This document shows positions 9,246 through 18,961 of a stretch of 64,000 bases of DNA, piece by piece. The DNA is from Thermoplasmatota archaeon. GTDB lineage: Archaea; Thermoplasmatota; SW-10-69-26; JACQPN01; JAJPHT01. How positions within the stretch are numbered: the stretch's first letter is position 1; each line of letters begins with the position of its first letter. The DNA is taken from positions 14,324-78,323 of the forward strand of contig DATLGO010000101.1 in NCBI GenBank assembly GCA_035540375.1, in the 5' to 3' direction. The position numbers and the translations under genes were made by a program. The notes under the pieces are model-generated. The model saw only the letters and a program-made list of their open reading frames with translations. It was not told the origin of the DNA and did not search any database.

Positions 9246-10685
9246 ATGCCCGCGCGCCGCACGAAGATCCTCGCGACCCTGGGTCCCGCGAGCGACTCGC
9301 CCGAGATGCTCGCCCGCCTGGTCGACGCGGGCATGGACGCGGTGCGCGTGAACTTCAGCCACGGCGAGGCGAAGCACCACGCGGAGGTCGTGGCGCGCGT
9401 GCGCGCGGTCGCGCAGGCGAAGAAGAGGGCGATCCCCATCGTGCAGGACATCCAGGGCCCGAAGATCCGCGTCGGGAAGCTCCCGGGCGGCCCGATCAAG
9501 CTCGCCGCGGGCGACCGCGTCACGCTCACGGCCGCCGAGGAGGCGCCGGGGCCCGGCGTGATCCCGATCACCTACGAGTGGCTCGCGAAGGACGTGAAGC
9601 CGGGCGGCCAAATCCTCCTCGACGACGGCTACCTCGAGATGAAGGTCGAGGCGTGCGAAGGCGAGAAGGTGCACGCGACGGTCGTGACGGGCGGCCTCCT
9701 CAAGCCTTCGAAGGGCGTGAACTTCCCGGGCGCGCGCCTTTCGATCAAGTTCCCCACGGAGAAGGACAAGGTCGACCTGCGCGTCGGCCAGGACCTCGGC
9801 GTCGACTGGGTCGCGGCGTCGTTCGTGCGGAGCGCCGCGGACGTCGCGCGCGTGCGGGCGGACCTCGACGACGCGCACGGCACGCGCGTCATCGCGAAGA
9901 TCGAGCTCCACGAGGCCGTCGAGAACCTCGACGAGATCGTCCGCTCGGCCGACGCGGTCATGATCGCGCGCGGCGACCTCGGCGTCGAGTTTCCGCCCGA
10001 GGAGGTGCCGGGAATCCAGCGCCGCATCCTGCAGATGGGCGACACGCTCGGGGTTCCCGTCATCACCGCGACGCAGATGCTCGAAAGCATGATCGAGCAG
10101 CCGCGGCCCACGCGGGCCGAGGTGACGGACGTCTACAACGCGATCCTTGGCGGGTCGGGCGCCGTCATGCTTTCCGGCGAGACGGCCGTGGGCAAGCACC
10201 CGGTCGAGGCCGTGTCGGTCATGGCGCGTGTCGCGCGGCGCGCGGAGGAGACTTTCTTCTCGGAGCCCGAGCTGCACGCGCGCTGGCGCGCCGTCGCGCG
10301 GCCCACCGCGGAGGACGCCGTCGCGCACGCGACGGTCCGGGCCGCGGAGGACGCGGGCGCGAAAGCGATCGTGGTCCTGACGGAGAGCGGGCGCACCGCG
10401 ATCCTCGTCGCGAAATACCGACCGAAGACGCGCGTCCTCGCCGCGACGCCGTCGTCGATCACGGAGCGGCAGCTCGCGCTCGTCTGGGGCGTCGAGACGC
10501 TCCATCTCCCGCACGCCGAGACGCAGGAGAAGCTCTTCCGGTCCGCCGACGACGCGCTCCTCGCCGCGGGGCTCGCGAAGGGCGATACGATCGTGGTCAC
10601 GTCGGGACGCCTCGGAGCCTCGGGCTCGACGTCGAGCCTGCGGGTCGCGAAGGTGGGCAAGCTCGCGCAGGCCGCGGGCGCTTGA
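9246..10685 (+). CDS. pyk: pyruvate kinase
   Basis: N-terminus RRTKILATLGPAS, then …MIARGDLGVE…, …VMLSGETA… and a C-terminal regulatory domain. Confidence 0.9.
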   Translation: MPARRTKILATLGPASDSPEMLARLVDAGMDAVRVNFSHGEAKHHAEVVARVRAVAQAKKRAIPIVQDIQGPKIRVGKLPGGPIKLAAGDRVTLTAAEEAPGPGVIPITYEWLAKDVKPGGQILLDDGYLEMKVEACEGEKVHATVVTGGLLKPSKGVNFPGARLSIKFPTEKDKVDLRVGQDLGVDWVAASFVRSAADVARVRADLDDAHGTRVIAKIELHEAVENLDEIVRSADAVMIARGDLGVEFPPEEVPGIQRRILQMGDTLGVPVITATQMLESMIEQPRPTRAEVTDVYNAILGGSGAVMLSGETAVGKHPVEAVSVMARVARRAEETFFSEPELHARWRAVARPTAEDAVAHATVRAAEDAGAKAIVVLTESGRTAILVAKYRPKTRVLAATPSSITERQLALVWGVETLHLPHAETQEKLFRSADDALLAAGLAKGDTIVVTSGRLGASGSTSSLRVAKVGKLAQAAGA

Positions 10686-10743
10686 TCGACCGCGGACCGG
10701 CATCTATTATTGACCCCCCGGCGGTCGCTCGTCGGGGAGATCC

Positions 10744-12267
10744 TTGAGAGGCATCGTTCCAGTCGTCCTGCTGTTCCTCGCGATCGTCGTCACGCCGCCG
10801 GCTTCGGCCGAGGCCGTGGCGGTCAATCCGTACGTCGCGGCGGGCCTCGCCTCGCCGTGGCCCCCGGAGCAGCTGCGGGTCGCGCTTGCGGGAGAGGACG
10901 GACGTCTCGTCGTGCAGTGGGCGCTGAATCAGCGCCTCTACCTCGAATCGCAGGACCCGCCGTCCGTCCTGTGGCGCACGCCGAACGCGACGTGGCGCAA
11001 CACCACCGCGTTCTACGCCGGCCACTACTACCATCAGACCGGCCCCGTTGCTTCGACGAACGTGTACGCGGCCACCCTTCCGCCCATTCCCCCGGGGACG
11101 CTCGTAGGCTACAAGGTGGGCTCGAAGTGGGGCGGCTATTCGGCGGAGCGGCAGGCCTACGTGCCGCCCGCGAACGGAGAACCGTTCCGTTTCGTGGCGT
11201 ACGCGGACATCGGCTACAACAGCACGAACGTGAATCAGAACCACACGCTCGTCAGGCCCCTTGTTCTTGCGGCCGATCCCGACCTCGTCATCCTCGCGGG
11301 CGATCTCGCGTATTCCAATGCGGCCGCGACCGTGAACGAGTGGATGCGTTTCATGGAGCCCGTGCAGTCGCGCTATCCGACGATGCCCGCGCTCGGCAAC
11401 CACGAGTATCATCCTTCGATGAGCGGTTACCTCACGTGGCTCAACGCCTACGTGCTGCCGGGCGACGAGCAGTCCTACAGCTACAAGGCCGGGCCGGTGA
11501 CGTTCATCGCGCTCAACTCGGACATGATCTGCAACCGGCCCCAGCGGACGAGCTACGGAAGCCCGACGGATCCTGATCCCTGCGTGACCTCCGGTCACTC
11601 GCTGAACGCGACGCAGCTCGCATGGCTGGAGTCGGCGCTCGCCGCGGCCGCCGCCGACGAGACGCCCTGGACGGTCGTGTACCACCACCACCCCGCGTAC
11701 AGCCACGGCGCGCACAAGAGCGACTGGGCCGTGCGCAAGTTCTGGGAGCCGCTTTACGCCCGTTACGGCGTCGACGTCGTGTTCACCGCGCACGACCACC
11801 ACTACGCGCGGACGTATCCCGTGATCGGCGGCGTCCCGCAGGTGAACGACACGAACGTCTACGCGAAGGGCGTCGCTCCGATCTACGTCGTCACGGGCGG
11901 CGGGGGCCGTCCGCTCTACAACTTCGCGCCGCCGCCGTTCCCGGCCTGGCATGCCTGCGGCGCGAAGGCAAACGTCATCACGGTCGTGGACATCGACGCC
12001 TCGGGCCTGCACTTCAGGGCCATCCGCCCCGGCGCGGGGACGGAAGCCGAGCGGACCCTCGACGCCTTCGACATCCTCGTCGAGGGCGGGGCCGGCCGCG
12101 GCGGACCGCCGGGGACGCAAAACCCGGCGTCCCTCTGCCCCGCGCAGGAGGCCATGACGACGCAGTCCGCGGCCTGGGTCGCGGTCGCGGGGCCCGGCCT
12201 CGCGGGCCTGGCCGGGATGGCCGTCGTCGCCGCCCTCTGGGCCGCCCGGCGGGGACCGCGCGGGTGA
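10744..12267 (+). CDS. secreted purple-acid-phosphatase-like metallophosphoesterase (paralog 1) with a C-terminal PGF-CTERM-like anchor
   Basis: Signal peptide, GDxxY (AGDLAYS), GNHE, VVYHHHP and AHDHHYAR metal-ligand motifs. C-terminal …AGPGLAGLAGMAVVAALWAARRGPRG. Confidence 0.8.
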   Translation: MRGIVPVVLLFLAIVVTPPASAEAVAVNPYVAAGLASPWPPEQLRVALAGEDGRLVVQWALNQRLYLESQDPPSVLWRTPNATWRNTTAFYAGHYYHQTGPVASTNVYAATLPPIPPGTLVGYKVGSKWGGYSAERQAYVPPANGEPFRFVAYADIGYNSTNVNQNHTLVRPLVLAADPDLVILAGDLAYSNAAATVNEWMRFMEPVQSRYPTMPALGNHEYHPSMSGYLTWLNAYVLPGDEQSYSYKAGPVTFIALNSDMICNRPQRTSYGSPTDPDPCVTSGHSLNATQLAWLESALAAAAADETPWTVVYHHHPAYSHGAHKSDWAVRKFWEPLYARYGVDVVFTAHDHHYARTYPVIGGVPQVNDTNVYAKGVAPIYVVTGGGGRPLYNFAPPPFPAWHACGAKANVITVVDIDASGLHFRAIRPGAGTEAERTLDAFDILVEGGAGRGGPPGTQNPASLCPAQEAMTTQSAAWVAVAGPGLAGLAGMAVVAALWAARRGPRG

Positions 12268-13713
12268 ATGGACCCCGCGACGACGGGGCGTCGTCACGGG
12301 CACGTTCTTGACGGGGAGCGGCCATCGAACCGCGTGGCGGCCGTTCGAGCCCTCCCCGTTCTCCTTCTCGTCCTGCCCGCCCTCGCGGGCTGCCTCGGCG
12401 CGACGTCGGAGGGGCCGGTCGACGTGCCGCCCTTCCGCGCGGGGGACGCGGCGACCTACGTCGTCACGGGGACGTACCTCGAGGCCGCGCGTCTCTGGAA
12501 CGCCGTGCCGCTTCCGACGGGATCCGCGACGCTCGCGTTCGAGACGCGCGCCGCCGAGCCCATCCTGGATGGCGCCTTGGCGCGCCGAGCGGTGATGGAG
12601 GTCGAGACGCGCCTCGGCACGGCGAAGCCGCATCTGCGGTGGGTGGACTCGGACGGCGTCGTCGCGTCCTTCCTGCCGCTCTCCGAAGAGGGCCACAACG
12701 CGCTTTCGTTCGAGGAGCGCGGGTTCCCGTGGGCGTTCGGCGCGAGCGTTCTCGCGGGACGCGCGCTTGCGCCCGGCGACCGCTTCCCATTCACGCTCCA
12801 GAACCTCGGCGGCCAGGCCGCGCCGCTCGCGCTCGCCTGGCGCGTCGAGCGCGTCGAGGCGGGCCGCGCGACGGTCGCGCTCGACCACGACCGCCACGGC
12901 TTCTCGGCGACCCTCGTCCTCGACGCGGCGAGCGCCTTCCCGCTCGAAGCGCGATGGAACGTCACTGCGGAGAGCGATCTCGGGCGATTCCTGCGCCTTT
13001 CGCCCGGCGACCACGCGATGACCGCCGCGCGGACCTCGGCCTCGACGGGGTCCGGGCCGGCGCCCCCGACGGCCCCCGCGGCGGCCGCGCGCGCCGACGC
13101 CATCGTCTTCGCGCCCCACCACCGCGTCCATCCGCCGGACGGCGCTCCGCCGGCGGTCGCGTTCGCGCTCGCCGACGCGGTGGCCGCGGCGAGATCGCAC
13201 GACGGCGCGCGCGCCTGGCTCGCCTCGCGGCCCGACGCCATCGTCGCCCGCGCGACGTATCACGCTCCCGCGCGCCCGGAGGGCGCGCCCACGGCGATTC
13301 CCGGCATGGCGACGCACGCCTGGCTCGTGCAATTCGTGGGCCGCGACGAAGCGTTCTTCGAGGCGATGGTCGAGCGCGTCGTCGCGAACGCGACGGGCGC
13401 CGCGGTCGCGACGCGCGTCACGAAGGCGGGCCCCGTCGAGCCGCCGCGCGGCGGTCAGGGGTGGATCGACCCCGCGTCGTGGCCCGCGGAGATGACAACG
13501 ATCGCCTCGGCGGTCGCGGTCGTGCGCGAGGGTTTCGCGCCCGCGGGCGTCGAGATCTTCGTGCGATCCTTCGCGCGGCCCGGCCAGACGGGCTACTTCT
13601 ATCTCATCGACGGCGGCTTCGAAAAGCCGCTCGGGCGCTACACGGTCACGGTGGACGCGCGGACGGGCTACGTGATGAGCGCGGTCGGGCCCGTCCGGCC
13701 CCTCGCCGGTTGA
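12268..13713 (+). CDS. hypothetical secreted lipoprotein
   Basis: Signal peptide with an LAGC lipobox-like motif and non-repetitive composition. The start codon is uncertain. Confidence 0.45.
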   Translation: MDPATTGRRHGHVLDGERPSNRVAAVRALPVLLLVLPALAGCLGATSEGPVDVPPFRAGDAATYVVTGTYLEAARLWNAVPLPTGSATLAFETRAAEPILDGALARRAVMEVETRLGTAKPHLRWVDSDGVVASFLPLSEEGHNALSFEERGFPWAFGASVLAGRALAPGDRFPFTLQNLGGQAAPLALAWRVERVEAGRATVALDHDRHGFSATLVLDAASAFPLEARWNVTAESDLGRFLRLSPGDHAMTAARTSASTGSGPAPPTAPAAAARADAIVFAPHHRVHPPDGAPPAVAFALADAVAAARSHDGARAWLASRPDAIVARATYHAPARPEGAPTAIPGMATHAWLVQFVGRDEAFFEAMVERVVANATGAAVATRVTKAGPVEPPRGGQGWIDPASWPAEMTTIASAVAVVREGFAPAGVEIFVRSFARPGQTGYFYLIDGGFEKPLGRYTVTVDARTGYVMSAVGPVRPLAG

Positions 13714-13756
13714 CCCTGCAAACGTTTTTGAGGGAGCCTCCCTTAGGCTGCCCCAG

Positions 13757-14050
13757 GTGCCTTCCGTGAACCCCTTCGCCCTCGCGTTCCTCTCGGGGAA
13801 CGAGTGGCTCGCCGTCCTCGTGATCGTCGTGCTCCTCTTCGGCGGCGCGAAGATCCCGGAGCTCGCCCGCTCCCTCGGCCGCGCGAAGGCCGAGTACGCG
13901 AAGGCGTCGAAGGAGGGCGCGGAGCCGACCGCCAGGCCTACGTCGGTCGAGGACGAGAAGATCCTCAAGGCCGCCCGCGACCTCGGCATCCCGACCGAGG
14001 GACGCACCCTTGCGGAGATCCGCGACGACCTCCGCAAGCGCCTCGCCTGA
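13757..14050 (+). CDS. tatA: twin-arginine translocase subunit TatA/E
   Basis: Single TM helix followed by an amphipathic helix (LAVLVIVVLLFGGAKIPELARSLGRA) and an acidic C-terminus. Confidence 0.7.
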   Translation: MPSVNPFALAFLSGNEWLAVLVIVVLLFGGAKIPELARSLGRAKAEYAKASKEGAEPTARPTSVEDEKILKAARDLGIPTEGRTLAEIRDDLRKRLA

Positions 14051-14106
14051 AGCCGACAGGGCAGGTTCTGGTTTTTCATACCTCGCGTGCCTCAGGAGCC
14101 GTTCCG

Positions 14107-14943
14107 ATGCAGCGCCTTCTTGCGACCCTCGTCCTCGCCGCGGCCATCCTCCTCGCCGGCTGCGTCGGAGGCGCGGATCTTCCCGGCGCTTCGCGCGAAG
14201 ATGCGGAGGGCGCGTGCGACGTCACGTATCCCGACGGGTCGCCTTTCGACTGCGCGACCACCCAGGCCGTCCAACCCGAGTCCGCATCCCGGCCGTCCTT
14301 CGATTCGGGGTGGACGTGCAAGCTGCGGTGGGAGGAGGACGGCGATCCGAGGGCCGTGTTCGAAATCTACCTGCACGACGACGGCCGCGCCGGCCTCTAC
14401 TGGGAAGCGCGGCCCTGGAAGAACCCGGGCGCGGCCTTCGTCATCGCGAACGTCCTCGAGCCCGACGGCAAAGGGCAGACGCTCATCGCGAACTGGACCG
14501 CGAAGGGCTTCGCGCCCTTCCCCGAGAAGCCGCCCGCCAAGGGCGAGCTGCACCTCATGACGCGCAACCTCTTCGCCGACGTGCGCGACGCGGACGGAAA
14601 CTGGGCCCCGGCCGCCTCGAACGTGATCGCGGGACGGTATGGCGGCCACGAGTGGTTCGTCGTGGGCGTGGAGGCCGGGGGCGCCACCCGGTACCTCGAC
14701 CCGATGATCGCCAAGCCCAAGGAAGGGTTCGTGAAGGTCTTCGCCCCGGACGACCGGCTGATCGAAGGCGAAGGCTGGGGGGCTTACGTCACCGTCGAGA
14801 CCTGGGGCGTCAAGAGGCCGGAGTACGCGTTCGACCCATCCCCGACGGGCGGGCGATGCTCGCTCTCCCAGCTTCCCGGGTTCACGCCTCTCGGCTCCGA
14901 AGGGCCGGAGGCCGCGTCCGGGAGGCCATTCACGGTCCCATGA
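14107..14943 (+). CDS. secreted lipoprotein, paralog A of a duplicated pair
   Basis: MQRLLATLVLAAAILLAGC lipobox. A shared core with 15007..15816 includes CDVTYPDGSPFDCAT, GWTCKLRWEEDGD, YLHDDGRAGLYWEARPWKNPG, NWTAKGFAPFP and WGVKRPE. Confidence 0.6.
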   Translation: MQRLLATLVLAAAILLAGCVGGADLPGASREDAEGACDVTYPDGSPFDCATTQAVQPESASRPSFDSGWTCKLRWEEDGDPRAVFEIYLHDDGRAGLYWEARPWKNPGAAFVIANVLEPDGKGQTLIANWTAKGFAPFPEKPPAKGELHLMTRNLFADVRDADGNWAPAASNVIAGRYGGHEWFVVGVEAGGATRYLDPMIAKPKEGFVKVFAPDDRLIEGEGWGAYVTVETWGVKRPEYAFDPSPTGGRCSLSQLPGFTPLGSEGPEAASGRPFTVP

Positions 14944-15006
14944 GCGGCGCCACCGAGGACCACGGACAAAGTTTTTGAAGACCATCGCTTCTGCCCGACG
15001 GATACG

Positions 15007-15816
15007 ATGCTCGCCAAGGCCATCGTCACTGCCCTGCTCCCGGCCCTCGCCCTCCTCGTCGCCGGATGTGTCACGCCGAACGCGGCCCAGGTGGGCGGAC
15101 CCGACGGTGGTTCGGATACGGGCCCGGCGGGCGCCTGCGATGTCCTTTACCCGGACAACACGACCTTCGACTGCGCGACGAGTCGCGTCACGCCCGCTTC
15201 CCTCGACGGTCGCCCGGCGCTCGGGTCGGGCTGGACGTGCATCAGCCGGTGGACCGAGAGCGACGACGACCTCGGCGCGATCGAGGTCTACGTGCACAGC
15301 GACGGTCGCGCAGGTCTCTATTGGGAATCGGTCCCGTTCAAGAACCCCGGAGAGGCGTTTGTCGTGGCCAACATCTTCGAATCGGAGACCAAGGGCCAGG
15401 CCCTCGTCGTCAACTGGAGCGCGAAGGGCTTCGCCGTGTTCCCGCAGAAGCCGCCGGCGACCGCCGAGCTCCACACGACGGTCCGCAACCTGCAGCTCGA
15501 CGTCCTCGGCCCCGACGGCACGTGGAGGCCCGAGCCCAACGCGACCGTCGTCGCGGGCGACTACCTGGGCCACGACTGGCTCGTCTGGAGCTTCGACGTC
15601 GAGGGGGAGACCCACTACGCGGACTCCATGGTTTCCAAGACCAAGGAGGGGTCGCTGCGCAAGTACACCCCGGCCAAGAAGCACATCGAAGGCGACGGGT
15701 GGGCCGCCTTCTCGACCGTCGAGACGTGGGGCGTCAAGCACATGAAGTTCACGTTCGCCGCGAACTCCGGCACCGCCGTGTGTCCGACCGGCCTCCTTCC
15801 GGACGTGATCTCGTGA
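15007..15816 (+). CDS. secreted lipoprotein, paralog B (tandem duplicate of 14107..14943)
   Basis: Lipobox LLVAGC. Same conserved blocks (CDVLYPDNTTFDCAT, GWTCISRW, YVHSDGRAGLYWESVPFKNPG, NWSAKGFAVFP, WGVKHMK). Confidence 0.6.
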   Translation: MLAKAIVTALLPALALLVAGCVTPNAAQVGGPDGGSDTGPAGACDVLYPDNTTFDCATSRVTPASLDGRPALGSGWTCISRWTESDDDLGAIEVYVHSDGRAGLYWESVPFKNPGEAFVVANIFESETKGQALVVNWSAKGFAVFPQKPPATAELHTTVRNLQLDVLGPDGTWRPEPNATVVAGDYLGHDWLVWSFDVEGETHYADSMVSKTKEGSLRKYTPAKKHIEGDGWAAFSTVETWGVKHMKFTFAANSGTAVCPTGLLPDVIS

Positions 15817-17231
15817 GGCTCCCCTACGTTCTCGCCTTCCTCGTCCTCGCCGCTCCCCTCGCAAGCGCGCAGGCCTCGCCCGAGCTTTCGAAGCCCGAGC
15901 AGATCCACGTCACGCTCGGCGCCGAGCCCGGCACGTTCGTCGTTCACTGGGCCGTCGTCGGCACGGCGTACCCGTCGACCGCGAGCCCCGTGATCGAGTG
16001 GACGCCCGAGGGCGGCGCGAAGACGGTGACGCCCGCGAAGCATTTCGGCGAGATCAAGGCCGCGGGATCGAGCCCCGTCGACCAGGCGATGCCCCTCTCC
16101 TCCCACGTGTACGGCGAGACGATCGGCCCGATCGCGCCCGGCGTCAAGGTATCCTACCGCGTGGGCACGACCCAGTTCGGTTTCTCGCCCCAGAAGGAGA
16201 TCCGCATGGTGCCCGGCCCCGGCGAGCCCATCAAGTTCGTCACCTACGGCGACATCGGCGTCGACGCGACGGGCCCCGACGGCGGCAAGGATCCGACCGA
16301 GACGGAGCACCCGGCGTTCGACATCCGCGAGCTCGCGATCAAGGAGCAGCCCGACCTCGTCGTCATCCCCGGCGACCTCGCCTACTCGAATAGCCGCGCC
16401 GGCTGGGACGCGTTCATGCGCTTCATGGAGCCGGTGCAGGCGAGCATCCCGACGATGCCCGTCGCGGGCAACCACGAGTACGACAAGAACGTCGGCTGGC
16501 ACCAGTTCCTCACGCAGTACGTCCTGCCGGGCGACGAGCACCACTACACGTTCAAGGCCGGCGACGTGACGTTCATCGGCGTCAACTCGAACTTCGTCTG
16601 CGAAGGCGGAACGTCCCGCACGACGACCGGGTCGCCCCCGCGCCCCTGCGGCGACGACCTCGACGTCAAGCCGAACGCGACGCTGCTCCTGTGGCTCGAC
16701 GAGGCCCTTGCGGCCGCGGCGAAGGACGACACGAAGTGGACCGTCGTCTATCACCACCACCCGGCCTTCAGCCACGGGCGCCACTCGAGCGACTACGCGA
16801 TCCAGTCCCTCTGGGCGCCGCTCTACGAGAAGCACAAGGTCGATCTCGTGATCACGGCCCACGACCACCTGTACGGTCGCACGTACCCTGTCACGAAGCT
16901 GAAACCCGCGATGCTCGGGGACGAGTATCCGAAGGGGCTCGCGCCGGTGTACGTCGTCGCCGGCGGGGGCGGCCGCAAGCTCTACGACTACCCGGGCCCC
17001 GACGGCGCGCCGGGCTGGCACGCGAAGGGCGCGCAGGTGCACCACCTCTCGGTGATCGAGGTCTCGGCGGAGAAGCTCACGCTCCGAACGCTCGACAGGA
17101 CGGGCGCGGAGATCGACGCCTTCACGATCAAGGCCACGGAGGTCTCGCTCCCGAAGGCGACCCCGGGCGTCGAGATCCTGGCGCTTGCGGCCGTCGCGCT
17201 CGCGGCGGCCCTCGGTCTGCGCCGGCGTTGA
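15813..17231 (+). CDS. secreted purple-acid-phosphatase-like metallophosphoesterase (paralog 2), PGF-CTERM-like tail
   Basis: GTG start overlaps the upstream stop (GTGA). Motifs GDLAYS, GNHEYD, VVYHHHP and AHDHLYGR. C-terminal …PGVEILALAAVALAAALGLRRR. The 5' part of track ORF 15066..17231 is out-of-frame read-through. Confidence 0.8.
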   Translation: MRLPYVLAFLVLAAPLASAQASPELSKPEQIHVTLGAEPGTFVVHWAVVGTAYPSTASPVIEWTPEGGAKTVTPAKHFGEIKAAGSSPVDQAMPLSSHVYGETIGPIAPGVKVSYRVGTTQFGFSPQKEIRMVPGPGEPIKFVTYGDIGVDATGPDGGKDPTETEHPAFDIRELAIKEQPDLVVIPGDLAYSNSRAGWDAFMRFMEPVQASIPTMPVAGNHEYDKNVGWHQFLTQYVLPGDEHHYTFKAGDVTFIGVNSNFVCEGGTSRTTTGSPPRPCGDDLDVKPNATLLLWLDEALAAAAKDDTKWTVVYHHHPAFSHGRHSSDYAIQSLWAPLYEKHKVDLVITAHDHLYGRTYPVTKLKPAMLGDEYPKGLAPVYVVAGGGGRKLYDYPGPDGAPGWHAKGAQVHHLSVIEVSAEKLTLRTLDRTGAEIDAFTIKATEVSLPKATPGVEILALAAVALAAALGLRRR

Positions 17232-17299
17232 ACGGTCGGTCGGAATCGCCCACCCTGCGTGGGGAAGGTTCTTGATCGAAATCCGCCATCCCCGGAGCC

Positions 17300-18265
17300 A
17301 TGTCCAGGCCCGAGCCTCGCGACGTCGTGATCATCGGGAGCGGTCCGGCCGGCCTCACGGCCGCCATCTACACCGCCCGCGCGAACCTGAAGCCCCTGTG
17401 CATCGCGGGCTACGAGGCGGGCGGGCAGCTCATGATCACGTCGGACGTCGAGAACTACCCCGGCTTCGCCGAAGCGATCACGGGTCCGGAGCTCATGGAG
17501 CGCTTCCGCAAGCAGGCCGAGCGCTTCGGCACGGAGTTCATCGACAAGGACGTCACGAAGGTCGACTTCTCGAAACCGATCAAGAAGCTCTGGGTCGAGG
17601 ACGAGGTCATCGAGGCGCGCGCCGTCATCATCGCGACGGGCGCGAGCGCGAAGTGGCTCGGCCTCGAGAACGAGCAGCGCCTGCGGGGTCGGGGCGTGAG
17701 CGCGTGCGCGACGTGCGACGGCTTCTTCTTCAAGGAGAAGATCGTCGGCGTCGTCGGGGGCGGCGACACCGCGATGGAGGAGGCGCTCTTCCTCACGAAG
17801 TTCGCGACCAAGGTCTTCGTGATCCACCGCCGCGACGAGTTCCGCGCCTCGAAGATCATGCAGGACCGCGTCCTCTCCCATCCGAAGATCGAGGTCGTGT
17901 GGAACACCGAGGTCCTTGACGTCCTCGGCGACCAGAGCGTGTCGGGCCTCAAGCTCGAGAACACGAAGGAGAAGCGCGTATACGAGCTTCCCGTCGGCGG
18001 ATTCTTCCTCGCGATCGGGCACAAGCCCAACACGGACGTCTTCAAGGGCGTCCTCGAGCTCGAGCCCACGGGCTACATCAAGGTCAATCCCGCGAACGAG
18101 ACCGTCACCAGGATCCCCGGCGTCTTCGTCGCGGGCGACGTCTTCGACCACCGCTACCGGCAGGCCGTCACGGCCGCGGGGTCCGGCTGCAAAGCCGCGA
18201 TCGAGGCCGAGAAATGGCTCGAGACGACGACCTCGCACGAGATTTCGACCGAGAAGAATTGGTGA
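17300..18265 (+). CDS. trxB: thioredoxin-disulfide reductase
   Basis: FAD-binding site VVIIGSGPAG, redox-active CATC, NADPH-binding site GGGDTAMEEA. Confidence 0.9.
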   Translation: MSRPEPRDVVIIGSGPAGLTAAIYTARANLKPLCIAGYEAGGQLMITSDVENYPGFAEAITGPELMERFRKQAERFGTEFIDKDVTKVDFSKPIKKLWVEDEVIEARAVIIATGASAKWLGLENEQRLRGRGVSACATCDGFFFKEKIVGVVGGGDTAMEEALFLTKFATKVFVIHRRDEFRASKIMQDRVLSHPKIEVVWNTEVLDVLGDQSVSGLKLENTKEKRVYELPVGGFFLAIGHKPNTDVFKGVLELEPTGYIKVNPANETVTRIPGVFVAGDVFDHRYRQAVTAAGSGCKAAIEAEKWLETTTSHEISTEKNW

Positions 18266-18266
18266 A

Positions 18267-18890
18267 TCACTCCGGCGCGGCCGCCTGGGACGGCAAGGGC
18301 GCGTCCCGCGCTAGCGCATGCGCAAGCGCCGCCCCGAAGAGCGCGCCCGCGACGTCGTCATAGAGATCCATCATGGTGTTCGAGTAGAACCCCTGATCGA
18401 TCGTCGCGAAGAAGGTCCACGCCGCGAACTCGAAAAGCTCCACGCCGACGCCCACCGCGAGGGCCGTCGTGAACGCGAAGAGCGCGAGGAATCCGCGCGG
18501 CACCACCCACGCGCGCTTCGCCGCGACCGCGCGGGCGAGCGCGAACGCGAGCGCCGCGACGCCGGCCGCGCCCGCGAAGTGCGTCACGCGGTCCCACCAC
18601 GGGAAGACGGCGTAGAGCCCGTTCACGCCCGCGATGCCGAAATGTCCGCCGAGCGACCCGCCGACGTAGTGCAGGACGCCCGTCGCGAAGCACACCGCGG
18701 CGGCCGCGCGCGGAAGCGGCACGTCGAGGCCTCGCACGAGGAGTGCGAGAAGGAGCGCGAGCGCGGCGCCCACGAGGTTGTACGCCGTCCAGAGCGGCTT
18801 GCCCTCGAACCATGCCGCGATCGCGACGGCCGCGAAGAACGCGGCGGCGACGAGGAGCGGGGCGAGGTCGTACGCGCGTCGATGCGCCAC
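18267..18890 (-). CDS. hypothetical polytopic membrane protein
   Basis: Five or six hydrophobic helices and non-junk composition. It is convergent with trxB. Confidence 0.45.
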   Translation of the reverse strand: MAHRRAYDLAPLLVAAAFFAAVAIAAWFEGKPLWTAYNLVGAALALLLALLVRGLDVPLPRAAAAVCFATGVLHYVGGSLGGHFGIAGVNGLYAVFPWWDRVTHFAGAAGVAALAFALARAVAAKRAWVVPRGFLALFAFTTALAVGVGVELFEFAAWTFFATIDQGFYSNTMMDLYDDVAGALFGAALAHALARDAPLPSQAAAPE

Positions 18891-18961
18891 GGCTTCGCAT
18901 CGCTGCGGCTGCCGTTGAAGGTTGCGCCGCCTTCATGACCCCGCGATAGCGTCCGTGGGTC

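Noticed and set aside
10597-14079. 1160-aa minus-strand ORF
   Set aside because: It is antisense to the PAP, lipoprotein and tatA cluster. Its composition is R/G/D/E-rich with no motifs.
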